Counted from the first letter of the stretch, positions 36,107-46,762 are shown. The stretch is DNA of 64,000 nt from an uncultured Gemmatimonadaceae bacterium (GCA_963829055.1 CAWHHI010000008.1:224001-288000); one strand, 5' to 3'. Program-made: numbers and translations. Notes: generated from the letters alone by a model not told the origin.

Positions 36107-36460
36107 TTACCTCGCCCAGCTGGGGGCCACAGTGCTCGTGACCGCCTGGTTCACGGCGGCAGCGAAGCGCTGCCACCCCAATGTTTGCTCGCGAAATTGC
36201 CGCCGCCCTTCGGCGGTCAGGTGGTAGAACTTGGCTCGACGGTTGTTCTCCGAGACGCCCCACTCGGGCTTGATCCACCCTTTGCGCGCCATGCGGTACA
36301 GCGCGGGATAGAGTGATCCTTCCTCGACGCGGAGCACGTCGCTGGTGGCGCTCTCGATCCAGCTCGCGATTCCGTAGCCGTGCATGGGTCCCCAGGACAG
36401 GGTCTTGAGGACGAGCAGCTCAACCGTGCCTTGCAGCAGTCCGGATTCCTTATCGAACAC
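36107..36460 (-). CDS. PadR family transcriptional regulator
   Basis: LLQGTVELLVLKTL..GPMHGYGI, VEEGSLYPALYRM, WGVSENNRRAKFY. Confidence 0.93.
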   Translation of the reverse strand: MFDKESGLLQGTVELLVLKTLSWGPMHGYGIASWIESATSDVLRVEEGSLYPALYRMARKGWIKPEWGVSENNRRAKFYHLTAEGRRQFREQTLGWQRFAAAVNQAVTSTVAPSWAR

Positions 36461-36511
36461 ACCGCCCCCGTGTTTGAATGGCTGTGCCGGGAACGGCTGC
36501 GTCAGTCAGCC

Positions 36512-36565
36512 GTTCCTATACCAGTCTAAGGGAATCTGACATCTGACCCTTAGACGCGCCGAGGG
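36512..36565. promoter_or_regulatory. Candidate PadR operator pair
   Basis: Imperfect palindromes CCTATAC-ca-GTCTAAGG and CCCTTAGAC-gc-GCCGAGGG; GTCTAAGGG (36524-36532) and CCCTTAGAC (36547-36555) are exact reverse complements. Confidence 0.5.
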
Positions 36566-36590
36566 TGCAAAAGGTTGGTAGCAGCCGCGA

Positions 36591-37730
36591 CTAGCGCGAG
36601 ATCGAGCGCTGGAGCAACTCGAGGATGTCCGATTGTTCACCCGCGGGGAGCACGCAGTCAGCGGGACGCATGCGCCAGAGTGTCTCCGCGAGGCTGAGCT
36701 TCCGTTCCGTGACCGCAGTGAGGTCGCCTCGCGGCTTCGGCGCGGCGCGCTCCGCACGCGCCGAGTCCAGAACCGCTACGTCCGCGGCCACGGTGTCAGC
36801 CGCCGCACACGCGCCGAGCGCGACGAGCGTGCGTTCGAGCAGCGCCTGGCTCCGCGTTAGGCGTGCCGCATCACTCAGCCCGCGGCCGGTCGGGTCGAGT
36901 GCGAGCACGGAGTCGATCACCCGCAGCCTCCGGACGATCGTACTGTCCGACGGCCGCGCGCGCACCGCACTTCGAAACGCCGCGCGCCCTGCCTGAAATT
37001 GGCCGAGCGCGAGGTCAGCCTCACCCAATCCCGCGTAGGCATCCGCGTTGGACGGCGAGCGACGGAGCAGCGCGCGGTAGGCTTCCGCCGCCCTCGATGG
37101 CGAGTCGGCGCGCAGGTACAGCGGCCCGAGCCGCGCGAGCAACGCCGCGCTATCGGCGGGAGCGCTCTGTAATGGAAGCAGTTCCGCGAGCAGCTCCTCG
37201 TGCGCCTGTTGCCGCGCCAGGAGATCGATCAGCTCGAAGCGCGCCGCCGTTCGCTGAGCGATGCTGTCGCTTCCCCATCTGCCGTAGATGGCCCAATGAT
37301 AGAACGCCTTCGCGTCGCTCGTCCGCGCAGTGCTCGCGAGCAGACGAGCCATCGTTAGGTTCACCGCGCCATCGTTCCGGGCCCGATCGAGGAGCCGGTT
37401 GAGGATCTCTTCCGCATCGGCCGCCTTTCCATTCGCGAGGAGTGCCTGGGCGAGCGCGAGCCCGTAGCCGACGTTGTCGCGCTCGAGCGTGGTCGCGGTC
37501 GCGAGACGGTCCGCTGCATCGCCGGGCCGGCCGGCCGCGAGCAGCGCTCGGCCCTCGGCGAACGCGTTCGCCGCCTGCCGCCGCCTCTCCTCGCGATCGA
37601 TGCGCGCCAGGGCGAGGTCGAGGACGAGCAGCCCGACAATGAGGCCGAGTATCGCGGCGAATGTGCCGAGAAAGACGCCGGTGCTCGCCAGCGGCCTTCC
37701 GACCGGCGGCGCGGGCGCAGCGTCAGTCAT
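36591..37730 (-). CDS. Membrane-anchored tetratricopeptide repeat protein
   Basis: N-terminal TM helix, TPR-like AAEAYRALLRRSPSNADAYAGLGE; overlaps the ClC stop. Confidence 0.75.
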   Translation of the reverse strand: MTDAAPAPPVGRPLASTGVFLGTFAAILGLIVGLLVLDLALARIDREERRRQAANAFAEGRALLAAGRPGDAADRLATATTLERDNVGYGLALAQALLANGKAADAEEILNRLLDRARNDGAVNLTMARLLASTARTSDAKAFYHWAIYGRWGSDSIAQRTAARFELIDLLARQQAHEELLAELLPLQSAPADSAALLARLGPLYLRADSPSRAAEAYRALLRRSPSNADAYAGLGEADLALGQFQAGRAAFRSAVRARPSDSTIVRRLRVIDSVLALDPTGRGLSDAARLTRSQALLERTLVALGACAAADTVAADVAVLDSARAERAAPKPRGDLTAVTERKLSLAETLWRMRPADCVLPAGEQSDILELLQRSISR

Positions 37731-39536
37731 CGGACGCCTCTACAGCCGCGATCTCGTCCGCGCGCTCCACGCCGTATGCGGTGAGGACGTCGTCGAGCGT
37801 CACGACGCCGAGCAGCAGACGTACGTTGGCGCGACTGACGACAGGCAGCACGCTGTGATGAGTCTCGCCCATCCGCGCGAGCGCGTGCCCGAGCGGCTGA
37901 TCACCATGCACGTGCGCGAAACGCAGCGGCTCGCGTCGTGACCGGCCCTCTCGCTCGGCCACTGCCGCGAGTAGCGCACCGATGGTCTCGTCGGCTGCGC
38001 CGGATGCTGCACGCTTCTCCATATCGGAGACTCGCACCATCCCGAGAAAGCCGTCGCCGTCAGCGACGGGCCACGACCGGAGTGCGCTGCCCGCCACGCG
38101 GTCCAGCGCATGGCGAAGCTGCAGATCGGGCGTCAGGGGCTCTGGCGATTCGCGAATGGCCTCGTTCACGCGCAACCGGCCTGCATGCTGGCGCGACTCC
38201 CCGGTCGGCAGATGCAGCCCGTCCTGTCGCGCGAGCGCCTCGTAGAGCGGCTCGCGCTGCAGACGCTGCGAGATGTAGAACGCGATCAGGTTCGAGATCA
38301 TGAGCGGAACGATGATCGTGTAGTCCCGCGTCACCTCGAAGATCATGATGACCGACGTGAGCGGCGTGCGGATGATTCCCGCGAAGGCGGTCCCCATGCC
38401 GACGAGCGCGTAGGCACCGGGACCCGCAGTGCTCGCGGGGAGGAGGCCGTGCGCGACCGCTCCGACCGCCGCACCCATCATCGCGCCCATGAACATGCTC
38501 GGCCCGAAGACGCCACCGGCATTCCCGGACGCGTAGCACACGGCCGTCGCGATGATCTTGAGCACGGCGAGCAGCACGACGGTGCGCAACACGAGGTCGC
38601 CGCCTAGCACGCGATCGACCTGGTCGTAGCCGACGCCGAGTACCGCAGGCACGAAGTAGCCGAGGAGGCCAACCAGTAGACCGCCGACGGTCGGATACCA
38701 CCACACACCCGTGCGTGGAAGGAGGGCGAACCGTCGGCGGAGAAAGAGCAGGAGCTTGACGAAGCCGACCGACCCAAGCCCTCCGACGATCCCGAGCGCG
38801 CCGTACACGATGAGCTCCGTGGCGCTCACCAGCCGATACGGCGTCACGTGGAACAGCGGCTCGTCGCCGAGCACGAGATGGAGAACCATCCATGCCGTCG
38901 TCGAGCTGAGCACGATCGAGCCGAGGATGGGCGCATGCAGGTCGCCCATGATCTCCTCGAGCGAGAACAACACGGCCGCGATCGGCGTGTTGAACGCCGC
39001 CGCGAGCGCCGCGGCTCCGCCCACCGGGACGAGCCATCGCACCTGCGCCTGACTCATGCCGAGTCGTCGTCGCGATGACCGACGCGATGCCCGAGCCGAT
39101 GTGCACCGACGGGCCTTCGCGGCCGAGCGCGATACCGCTCGCGAGCGAGGTCGCGCAGCACACGAACTTGCCGACGACCGTGTGCAGCGTGATGCGTCCG
39201 TCGTGGATGAAGATTGCGGCGCGCGTCTGAGGAATCCCGCTCCCGCGCGCCTCAGGAAAGAAGCGATACAGGAGGATCCCACTCACCAGCGCCCCGAGCA
39301 CCGGAACGACGACGCGGCGCCAGCCTGCGGCGCCCGCCGGGTACATGTGCGCGGCGAGGCGTCCCGTGAGCAAAACGAACGCGACGACGACGAGGCCGAC
39401 GAGCGCGCCGATCACGAGGCTCAGTAACGAGCGCCAGCCGATCCTCGCGTCGCCGCAGGTCCTCGACGAGCGAGGCGAGGCGTTCGAGTGCCGCGGCGAT
39501 CGCGCTGCGTGTTTCCGGTAGCGTGGGTGCGGTCAC
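37723..39536 (-). CDS. ClC chloride channel / H+/Cl- exchanger with CBS domains (apparent frameshifts near 39425 and 39070)
   Basis: GSGIP, GREGPSVHIG, AAAFNTPIA, GGVFGPS, FEVTRDY, C-terminal CBS pair. Confidence 0.92.
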
Positions 39537-39727
39537 CGCGAATTCAGTGCGTCAACGAGCGGCAATCGTCGCGCGGCACCTGACGCGATGGCGTCACGCG
39601 ACAGCACGTATCGCATAATGGCCGCCAGACAGACGCTCGAGCCCGCAGAATCGACCGCGGCGCCGACTTTGCGCTTCTGCGGCGGAGTGACCCTCGACAC
39701 CCCGCCCCCTGCCTCGACTCTTCCCGT

Positions 39728-41599
39728 ATGCCATCACCGATAGAGCATTACGCGCTCATTGGCGATTGTGAGACCGCTGCCCTCGTCTCTCGCAACGGCT
39801 CCATCGACTGGCTCTGCTGGCCGAGGCTGGACTCTGGGGCCTGCTTCGCCGCGCTCCTTGGCGCTCCCGAGCACGGCCGCTGGCTCGTTGCGCCGGCAGA
39901 CCCGGAGCCACGCGTGCAACGCCGCTACCGAGGTGACACACTCATCCTCGAAACGTTCTTCGAGACCGACGATGGCGCAGTGACGCTCGTGGATTTCATG
40001 CCGGTCCGCGGAAGCCAGTCCGACCTCGTACGCATGATCGTCGGGCGCCGGGGACGGGTGGCAATGAGGACGGAGCTCGTGCTCCGCTTCGATTACGGAT
40101 CGACCGTGCCGTGGGTGACCACGGTCGACGACGGCTCGCCTCACGGAATGCTGCGCGCGATCGCCGGACCCGACATGGTGCTGCTGCGCTCCGACGTGCC
40201 GCTCCGCGGCGAGGGGCTCAGCACGGTCGGCGAGTTCACGGTGAGTGCCGGGGAGACGGCTACGTTCGTACTCACGTACTCGCCCTCGCACCTGCCGCCG
40301 CCCACGCCGGTGGAGCCGTTCAGTGCGCTCGCGGCCACCGAAGAGCTCTGGAACGACTGGGCCGCACGATGCACGTACCGCGGCGAGTGGCGCGACGCCG
40401 TCCTCCGGTCGCTGCTCACGCTCAAGGCGCTCACCTATCGACCCACCGGCGGAATCGCGGCTGCGCCAACGACGTCTCTCCCCGAGCAGCTCGGAGGCAC
40501 GCGCAACTGGGACTACCGCTTCTGCTGGTTGCGTGACGCGACGCTCACCCTGCTCACGCTGATGGACGCCGGCTACTACGACGAGGCGGCCGCGTGGCGC
40601 GACTGGCTGCTGCGCGCGGCGGCGGGGAGTCCCAATCAGCTGCAGATCATGTACGGACTGTCCGGCGAGCGCCACCTGCGCGAGTGGACGGTTCCATGGC
40701 TTCCGGGTTACGAGAACTCAGGACCGGTGCGCGTCGGCAACGCCGCGCACGGCCAGATGCAGATCGATGTCTACGGCGAGGTTCTCGATGCGTTGTTCCA
40801 GGCGCAACGCGGCGGGCTCCCCGGCAGCGAAGAGGCCTGGCGGCTGACGAGCGCGCTGGTCTGCCACCTGGAAACGATCTGGCAGTGTCATGACAGTGGG
40901 CTATGGGAAGTCCGCGGGGAACCGCGTGACTTCACCCATTCGAAGGTCATGGCGTGGGTCGCGCTCGACCGCGCCATCCGGACGGCGACGGAGTTCGGAC
41001 ATCCCGCCCCGATCGACGCATGGCGCGTGACACGGCAGCGCATCCATGACGAAGTCTGTGCCCGCGGATTCGACCCTCGACTCGACAGCTTCGTTCAGTC
41101 GTACGGCTCGACGCAGCTCGACGCGAGTCTGCTGCTGATCCCACTCGTCGGATTTCTCCCCGCGGACGACCCGCGTGTGTGCGGCACCGTCGCTGCCGTG
41201 GAGCGACGGCTCATGGCCGATGGGCTGGTCCAGCGCTACGACACGAGCGCCACCGATGACGGGCTGCCACCGGGCGAAGGGGCTTTTCTCGCTTGCAGCT
41301 TCTGGCTCGCGGATAACTACGCGCTGACCGGGCGGGCCAACGACGCCCGCACGCTGTTCGAGCGTCTGCTCGCGCTGCGAAACGATGTCGGTCTGCTCGC
41401 AGAGGAGTACGACCCGCGCACCAAGCGGCTGGTCGGCAACTTCCCGCAGGCGTTCTCGCACGTGGGGCTCGTCGACACGGCGTTCAACCTGTCCCGCGGC
41501 GTGCCGGTCAGGCAACGGCCGGCAGCGCAACGCGCCGACGGAAGTGACGGCGAGAGGAGTGTGCAAGAGCGGGAGCGGAGCACCTCTCCCAAGCGCTGA
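39728..41599 (+). CDS. Glycoside hydrolase family 15 (trehalase/glucoamylase-like)
   Basis: YALIGDCETAAL, PTTSLPE, RNWDYRFCWLRDA, GLWEVR, LLAEE, GNFPQAFSH. Confidence 0.93.
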   Translation: MPSPIEHYALIGDCETAALVSRNGSIDWLCWPRLDSGACFAALLGAPEHGRWLVAPADPEPRVQRRYRGDTLILETFFETDDGAVTLVDFMPVRGSQSDLVRMIVGRRGRVAMRTELVLRFDYGSTVPWVTTVDDGSPHGMLRAIAGPDMVLLRSDVPLRGEGLSTVGEFTVSAGETATFVLTYSPSHLPPPTPVEPFSALAATEELWNDWAARCTYRGEWRDAVLRSLLTLKALTYRPTGGIAAAPTTSLPEQLGGTRNWDYRFCWLRDATLTLLTLMDAGYYDEAAAWRDWLLRAAAGSPNQLQIMYGLSGERHLREWTVPWLPGYENSGPVRVGNAAHGQMQIDVYGEVLDALFQAQRGGLPGSEEAWRLTSALVCHLETIWQCHDSGLWEVRGEPRDFTHSKVMAWVALDRAIRTATEFGHPAPIDAWRVTRQRIHDEVCARGFDPRLDSFVQSYGSTQLDASLLLIPLVGFLPADDPRVCGTVAAVERRLMADGLVQRYDTSATDDGLPPGEGAFLACSFWLADNYALTGRANDARTLFERLLALRNDVGLLAEEYDPRTKRLVGNFPQAFSHVGLVDTAFNLSRGVPVRQRPAAQRADGSDGERSVQERERSTSPKR

Positions 41600-41729
41600 C
41601 GGCGTCGGTCGCGTCGGGACGTCGCCGTATGATTTCGCGTGATGACCCATTGACTGAGCTCGCCGCGCGCGCACAGTTGTCCTCGCACGCGCTCGCAGGT
41701 GCCTCGCCTCCGTCTCCGTCCACACACCA

Positions 41730-43314
41730 ATGTCCCCGACCCGCCGCGAAGCACTCGCACAGCTCGCCGCTCTCGTCGCGCTCCCGCTCCCGGCGTGGAG
41801 CGCTGGCGCCACCGACCCACTCGACGGCACCGTCGCCGACTACCAGGCGGGGCGACGTCGGAAGAAGTGGACCGCGGCCGAGGTGACTGCCCGCGCGCTC
41901 GAACGCTGCCGCGCCGACGGTATGAAGTGGCACGCGATCGACGCGCTTTCCAACACGGCGATCGCCGATGCGCGCGCCGCCGATGACCGGCTGCGCGCCG
42001 GTCGCGTGCGCGGGCCTCTCGACGGCGTCCCCGTGTTCGCGAAGGCGATCTACGACATGAACGGGCTCCCGACCACGGGGTCGAGCGCGGAGTGGGCGCG
42101 TCTCTTCCCCGAGGCCGTGCGGCGTGACGCGCTCGAGGTGACGCGCATGCGCGCGGCAGGCGCGATCGTCCTTGGGAAAACCGCGGCCGATGACTTCGCG
42201 TATCGTGGCAATGGTACGAGCAGCCACACCGGGCAGGTGCTCAATCCGTACGATCGCACGGGCACGCGCACGCCCGGCGGCTCGAGCGCGGGCTCGGCCG
42301 TCGCCGTGGCGAGCGGGATGGCGTTCGCGGCGTTAGGCACCGACGACGGCGGGTCGAATCGCATCCCGGCGCAGTTCACCGGCGTGGTCGGAATGAAGCC
42401 GACGTTCGGGCTCGTGCCACGCACCGGCGTCATCCCGACGTGGCCGTACCTCGACACACACGGTCCGCTCGCTCGCACGGTCGCCGACGCGGCGCTGCTC
42501 CTCGCCGCCATCGCGGGGGCTGACGCATCCGACCCACTCGCGCTCACTGGCGCGTGGGACGGCGCGCCGTTGGCCAGACTGAGCGATGACGCACTCGCCG
42601 GCGTGCGCCTCGGGCTCGTCGAGGCGCACGTGCCGCGCGCGCAGATGACGCCGGAGGCGCTCGCGATGTGGGACCGCGCGTTAGGTGACCTGCGCGCCGC
42701 CGGCGCGATGGTCGAGCCCTTCGCCGCCGCGGTGACGCGCGTGAACTACCGCGACGCGTTTGCCGCCTCGGCCCGCGGCCGCAACGACGTGGCGGTGGAT
42801 GCGAACTCGCCGGCCCCCACCGCGAACGCCCTGCTCCGCTACTTCGAAGGCCGCGCCGACGACCCGCGCGCGGCAGTACGGCGCGGGTACGCCGGCGTAC
42901 CGCGCATTCTACGACGTGCTGCCCGCCACGTACGAGGAGTGCGAGCCGCTGCTCGACCGCCCGATGGCGGAAGACCCGGCAGGACGCTCGTTCGCGCGCT
43001 CGCGCGCCGAGGTGGTGGCCACACTCGCAGCGTCGATGCGCGCGGCGGGTGTCGCGGCCATGGTCTACCCGACGATGCCGTTCAACGCCCCGCGCGCCGT
43101 CGACAAGTGGCCGGACATCCGCACCGCGTTAGGCTACGGCAACTGGCTCGGCCTGCCGGAAGTGTCGGTCCCGGGCGGACTCGGCGCGGACGGAATGCCC
43201 GCGCTCAACGTGTCGATCGTCGGCCTTCCCGGTGAGGACGCCCGCGTACTCGCGTTGGCGCACGCCTACGAGCGGCACTCACGCCGTTTCGTGGCGCCGC
43301 CGCGCGCGGGGTAG
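41730..43314 (+). CDS. Amidase signature family protein with Tat-like signal (apparent frameshift near 42890)
   Basis: TRREAL leader, GPLDGVP..K, PGGSSAGSA, GTDDGGSNRIP; C-terminus GLPEVSVP..LAHAYE in the 42760 frame. Confidence 0.88.
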
Positions 43315-43345
43315 TGCACGCGGCGGCGCTCGATCGGAGGACGCA

Positions 43346-44002
43346 TCACGCCGCGCAGCCGCTTTTCGGGACCTGATAGTCGCAGCGGCAACGTCCAGGC
43401 GCACAGCTCATCCCCGGGCGACCAGCCCGCACGCAGCGCCAGCACTGCGCGAGCGGCTCGCTCGCCTCGGGCAACCCGAGCACGCGCCCAGCGACCGCGG
43501 CACCACCGGGAAGTACGGCGCGTAACGCCGGACGTCCTGCCGCATCGAACGACAGCTCGGCGAGGGCGACGAAGCCTGCCTTCCTGATACCGGAACCCGA
43601 CGCGTGGTTCTCGGGCGCGTACGCGATCCAGAACCGTTCAGCCTCGCGCGACTCAGCGCGCACGATCGCGTCGAGCAGCCGCGGATATACGCCCAGGCCG
43701 CGGTGGGATTTCAGCGTCACGAAGTTCCAGAGATACCGCTCGCCTTCCGGGATGGGGAACGTCGTGCGCAGCTCGCCGATCTCCGCGGACCGGGTGGCGA
43801 CCCAGCCCCACGCGGCCGGCTGCCCGTTCATCTCGGCGACGTACGCACGGTGTCCGGCCTCGAAGCGCCGGGTCATCTCATCGGCGGTGCGCTCCTGCAG
43901 GGCAGCCATCACGGAGGCGCTCTCCTCCCGGCGCACCGAGAACCCGGGAAGCGACATCAACGAAGGCGTTGGATCATCACGGCGACGAGCGGCGAATGGC
44001 AT
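43346..44002 (-). CDS. GNAT-fold acetyltransferase with six-cysteine C-terminal tail
   Basis: YLWNFVTLKSHRGLGVY, ENHASGSGIRKAGF; tail CWRC-x9-C-x4-CRC-x8-C. Confidence 0.8.
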   Translation of the reverse strand: MPFAARRRDDPTPSLMSLPGFSVRREESASVMAALQERTADEMTRRFEAGHRAYVAEMNGQPAAWGWVATRSAEIGELRTTFPIPEGERYLWNFVTLKSHRGLGVYPRLLDAIVRAESREAERFWIAYAPENHASGSGIRKAGFVALAELSFDAAGRPALRAVLPGGAAVAGRVLGLPEASEPLAQCWRCVRAGRPGMSCAPGRCRCDYQVPKSGCAA

Positions 44003-44070
44003 GACAGGATCCTCGGGTCGTTTCGTTAGGCAGTGAATGGCGTCGGACTGACGTGCAGCACGCTACGAAC

Positions 44071-44115
44071 AGACTACACATCTCTGAGACTGTGCTCTTG
44101 AACGAACGGGCTGAC
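44071..44115 (-). promoter_or_regulatory. Candidate AraC-activated promoter of the GNAT gene
   Basis: Minus strand GTCAGCC-cgtt-CGTTCAAGAG, 18 nt, TAGTCT. Confidence 0.7.
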
Positions 44116-44135
44116 CTTTCGGCCGCGTGCGTCGC

Positions 44136-45470
44136 TCAGCGACGAGCTGGCGGATCGAGGAATCCGGGCGGCGCCGTGAGCGGCCCGCTCAACGTTCGCA
44201 GAAAGGCCACCAGCTGATCCATCTCGCGTTGCGAGAGCCGAAGCGTCTTGAGCTCACTGTGGCCGAACGGCGCACGCGGGGCATTGCTGTAGTGCGCGAC
44301 GACCTGCTCCAGCGTGGCGATCTGTCCGGCGTGCATGTAGGGCGCGCGAGCCGCGACGTTTCTGAGCGATGGCGTCTTGTAGGCGCGCAGAAGCTCCTCG
44401 CCCTCCGTCACGGCGAACCGCAGTTCCTCGCAGTCCTCTGCCTTGGCGTCGCTGTAGCGGCTCGTGCAGTTGAATTCGCCCGCCACTGCCTGCCGGACTC
44501 CTAACGCGCGTCCGCTGTCGGGACTCGCGACGGCCGACGATGCGGGCACGCCGGTGTTGTGGAAATGGTTGTCGGTGAGCAGCGGCCCGTTGTGGCACGT
44601 GACGCAATTCGCCTTGCCAATGAACAGGCGCAGTCCGGCTTCCTCGTCCTTCGAGAATGCGTTGTCCTGGGTTTTCGGCTTTCCGTTCAGCTCTGCGTCC
44701 ACGTAGCGGTCGAAGCGTGAAGGCGCGTACTCGATGCGCCGCTCGTAGGCGGCGATCGCCTTACCGATGTTCGCGTAGACCTGGGTGATTTCCTCACGAC
44801 GCACGGCTGGAATCCGCTGCCATGCGCCGCGCCATGCGGTGTCGGCGACCGGGCCGGCGCGCTGCGGCAGTCCCGCGAGATCCGGCAGCTTTCCGAACAC
44901 GGCCTCGTACTCGCCACGATAGTGCGCGCCAACGACGTGCGCGTACTGGGTGCGGCTGCCGCCGTGTTCGACCGCACTCTCGAGCGGGCCTAACGCCTGC
45001 GCCCACTGGCTGTCCGCTCGGCCATCCCAGAACAGCCACGGGCTGTGCGCCGTACCCGCGACCGGCATCGTGCGCCGAGTCGTCGTGCCGACGCCGTCGG
45101 CCAGCGGCTTTCCGTCCTGGAAATCCGTCGACGCGATGTGGCACGTCGCGCACGACACCTTCCCGTTGCCACTGAGCCGCGTCTCGAAGAACAGTTCTCG
45201 GCCGAGCGCCGCCGCGCGGGCGTCGTCCGCATAGCGGTTGGACGGGTCCGCCGGCACAGGGCCAAGACTCGTTAGCGACAGAGACCGCAGCATCGTGCGG
45301 TCCTGGGCGGACCAGCGCGGGGAGCCGTTGCCAGCGCCTCGGGCGGCGGCGGTGGAGACGACCGTCGTGCCAAGCGCGCTGGCCAACACGCTCACCAACA
45401 CGGCGAACAACAAGCTGTCGGTCATTCTCGAGTTGGCCCGGCCGGTGGGCCCAACGCGGTTGCGTGACAT
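44136..45470 (-). CDS. Di-heme cytochrome c peroxidase / MauG superfamily protein, exported
   Basis: LGRELFFETRLS, CATCH, LFWDGRADS, CVTCHNGPLLTD, KTPSLRNV..RAPYMHAG; signal peptide. Confidence 0.9.
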   Translation of the reverse strand: MSRNRVGPTGRANSRMTDSLLFAVLVSVLASALGTTVVSTAAARGAGNGSPRWSAQDRTMLRSLSLTSLGPVPADPSNRYADDARAAALGRELFFETRLSGNGKVSCATCHIASTDFQDGKPLADGVGTTTRRTMPVAGTAHSPWLFWDGRADSQWAQALGPLESAVEHGGSRTQYAHVVGAHYRGEYEAVFGKLPDLAGLPQRAGPVADTAWRGAWQRIPAVRREEITQVYANIGKAIAAYERRIEYAPSRFDRYVDAELNGKPKTQDNAFSKDEEAGLRLFIGKANCVTCHNGPLLTDNHFHNTGVPASSAVASPDSGRALGVRQAVAGEFNCTSRYSDAKAEDCEELRFAVTEGEELLRAYKTPSLRNVAARAPYMHAGQIATLEQVVAHYSNAPRAPFGHSELKTLRLSQREMDQLVAFLRTLSGPLTAPPGFLDPPARR

Positions 45471-45530
45471 GGCAGGCTCTAGTGGAGGTCAGTGGACGGC
45501 GTGTGCGTGCAGTTCCGATCAGAGCTCGCG

Positions 45531-45953
45531 TCAGAGCTTGAGATTGAACACGAGTGAGTCACTGCCCGCGGTCGCGTTCACGCGGAACTTCACGACCCAC
45601 CAGCCGCCCATGTTGAACTTCATGCCTTCGACGAGGTGGTCGCCGTTGCCCAGCTCTCGCGTGACGCGGGGCTTCGTTGGCAGACCGTGTCCGTGCTGCG
45701 GCATGCCGCCGTCGACCACCATGGTGGCGGAGTCGACCGGCGCGCCGCTCGCGGTTTCGAGGTGAACCGTCCAGCGGTGCAATCGACCCTGGGGGATCGA
45801 GTCACCCTGCGGGTGGATCGTCGCGCGGTAGAGCCCGCCCTCGCTGGTGCGCGTCCGCGAGTAGTCCAGATCCTTGGGGGCCTTGGCGAACATCATGCAG
45901 CCGCTGAACAGGAATGCGGCGACAGCGGTAGCGAGCCTGGATGTAGAGCGCAT
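45531..45953 (-). CDS. YtkA/FixH-like lipoprotein with MPxHxHG motif
   Basis: Lipobox FSGC, VDGGMPQHGHGLPTKP, GMKFNMGGWW; GGAG RBS. Confidence 0.8.
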   Translation of the reverse strand: MRSTSRLATAVAAFLFSGCMMFAKAPKDLDYSRTRTSEGGLYRATIHPQGDSIPQGRLHRWTVHLETASGAPVDSATMVVDGGMPQHGHGLPTKPRVTRELGNGDHLVEGMKFNMGGWWVVKFRVNATAGSDSLVFNLKL

Positions 45954-46014
45954 GTGAATGCTCCGAGCGGGAGGTTGCGAGTCGAAAACGCCCACGTCGC
46001 GTGGACGTGGGCCT

Positions 46015-46080
46015 AGGTTACTCGCGCTCCGCACTGCGCTCTTGAACGACGAGGCTGCGTCGTTGAACGTAGGGGCTGAC
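46015..46080 (-). promoter_or_regulatory. Tandem candidate AraC boxes and -10 element for the YtkA-like/peroxidase operon
   Basis: Minus strand GTCAGCC-ccta-CGTTCAACGA then CGCAGCC-tcgt-CGTTCAAGAG (21-bp period), 18 nt, TAACCT. Confidence 0.72.
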
Positions 46081-46129
46081 TTGAATGAGCCGAGGTCGGG
46101 CCCTGGGCTATCGGAGCTCCAGCGGTGCG

Positions 46130-46632
46130 CTACCGGGTAGCGGCGCTATCCCTGAGCGGGCCGGCCAGGTGCATCGCCGACGGGGGGAAGCCGAACATCC
46201 GACGCGACGTCCGCGTTAGGTGTGCGGCGTCGGCGAATCCGGCCCGATGCGCGGCCGACGACAGCGACTCGCCAGCGGTCATGAGCTCCCACACCCTGAG
46301 GAACCGACGCCAGAGGATGTACGGCCGGAGCGCCATGCCCGTCTCCTCGACGAAGAGGTGGCGAAAACGACTCGGCGAGAGATAGGCCGCGGCCGCTATG
46401 TCCGCACCACCGACGCATCCATCGTATGCGGCTGCCTCGAGGGGATGAGCACGCCGTCGTACTCGGTCCAGTCATCACGATCGGACGCCCGAAAGCGAAT
46501 ACCATGTTGCGACCCGAACGCGATCTGAATGGCGTAGTGCGCATGCATCGGGGTCACCGCGGTCGCCCGACTCAGGAACGCGCACCCACCGTCCCAGGAC
46601 ACAAAGTGCCCAGTTCCTACTACAGTGCTCAC
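46130..46632 (-). pseudogene. AraC family regulator with an out-of-frame internal deletion
   Basis: Cupin-like N-domain (MHAHYAIQI, IPSRQPHTMD) joined at about 46400 directly to HTH DIAAAAYLSPSRFRHLF...AGFADAAHLTRTSRRMFG; only about 167 codons. Confidence 0.82.
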
Positions 46633-46762
46633 GAGACCCTCCCCTTCCTGTCGTGCCAATCGTACGCGCCGAGCAGCGGATGGCAATTGTTGTTTGCACA
46701 GCCCGCCGTGCGGATCGTGCCTCCACGTTAGGTCCGCGATCGGGAACGGTAGAAGAACAAAC

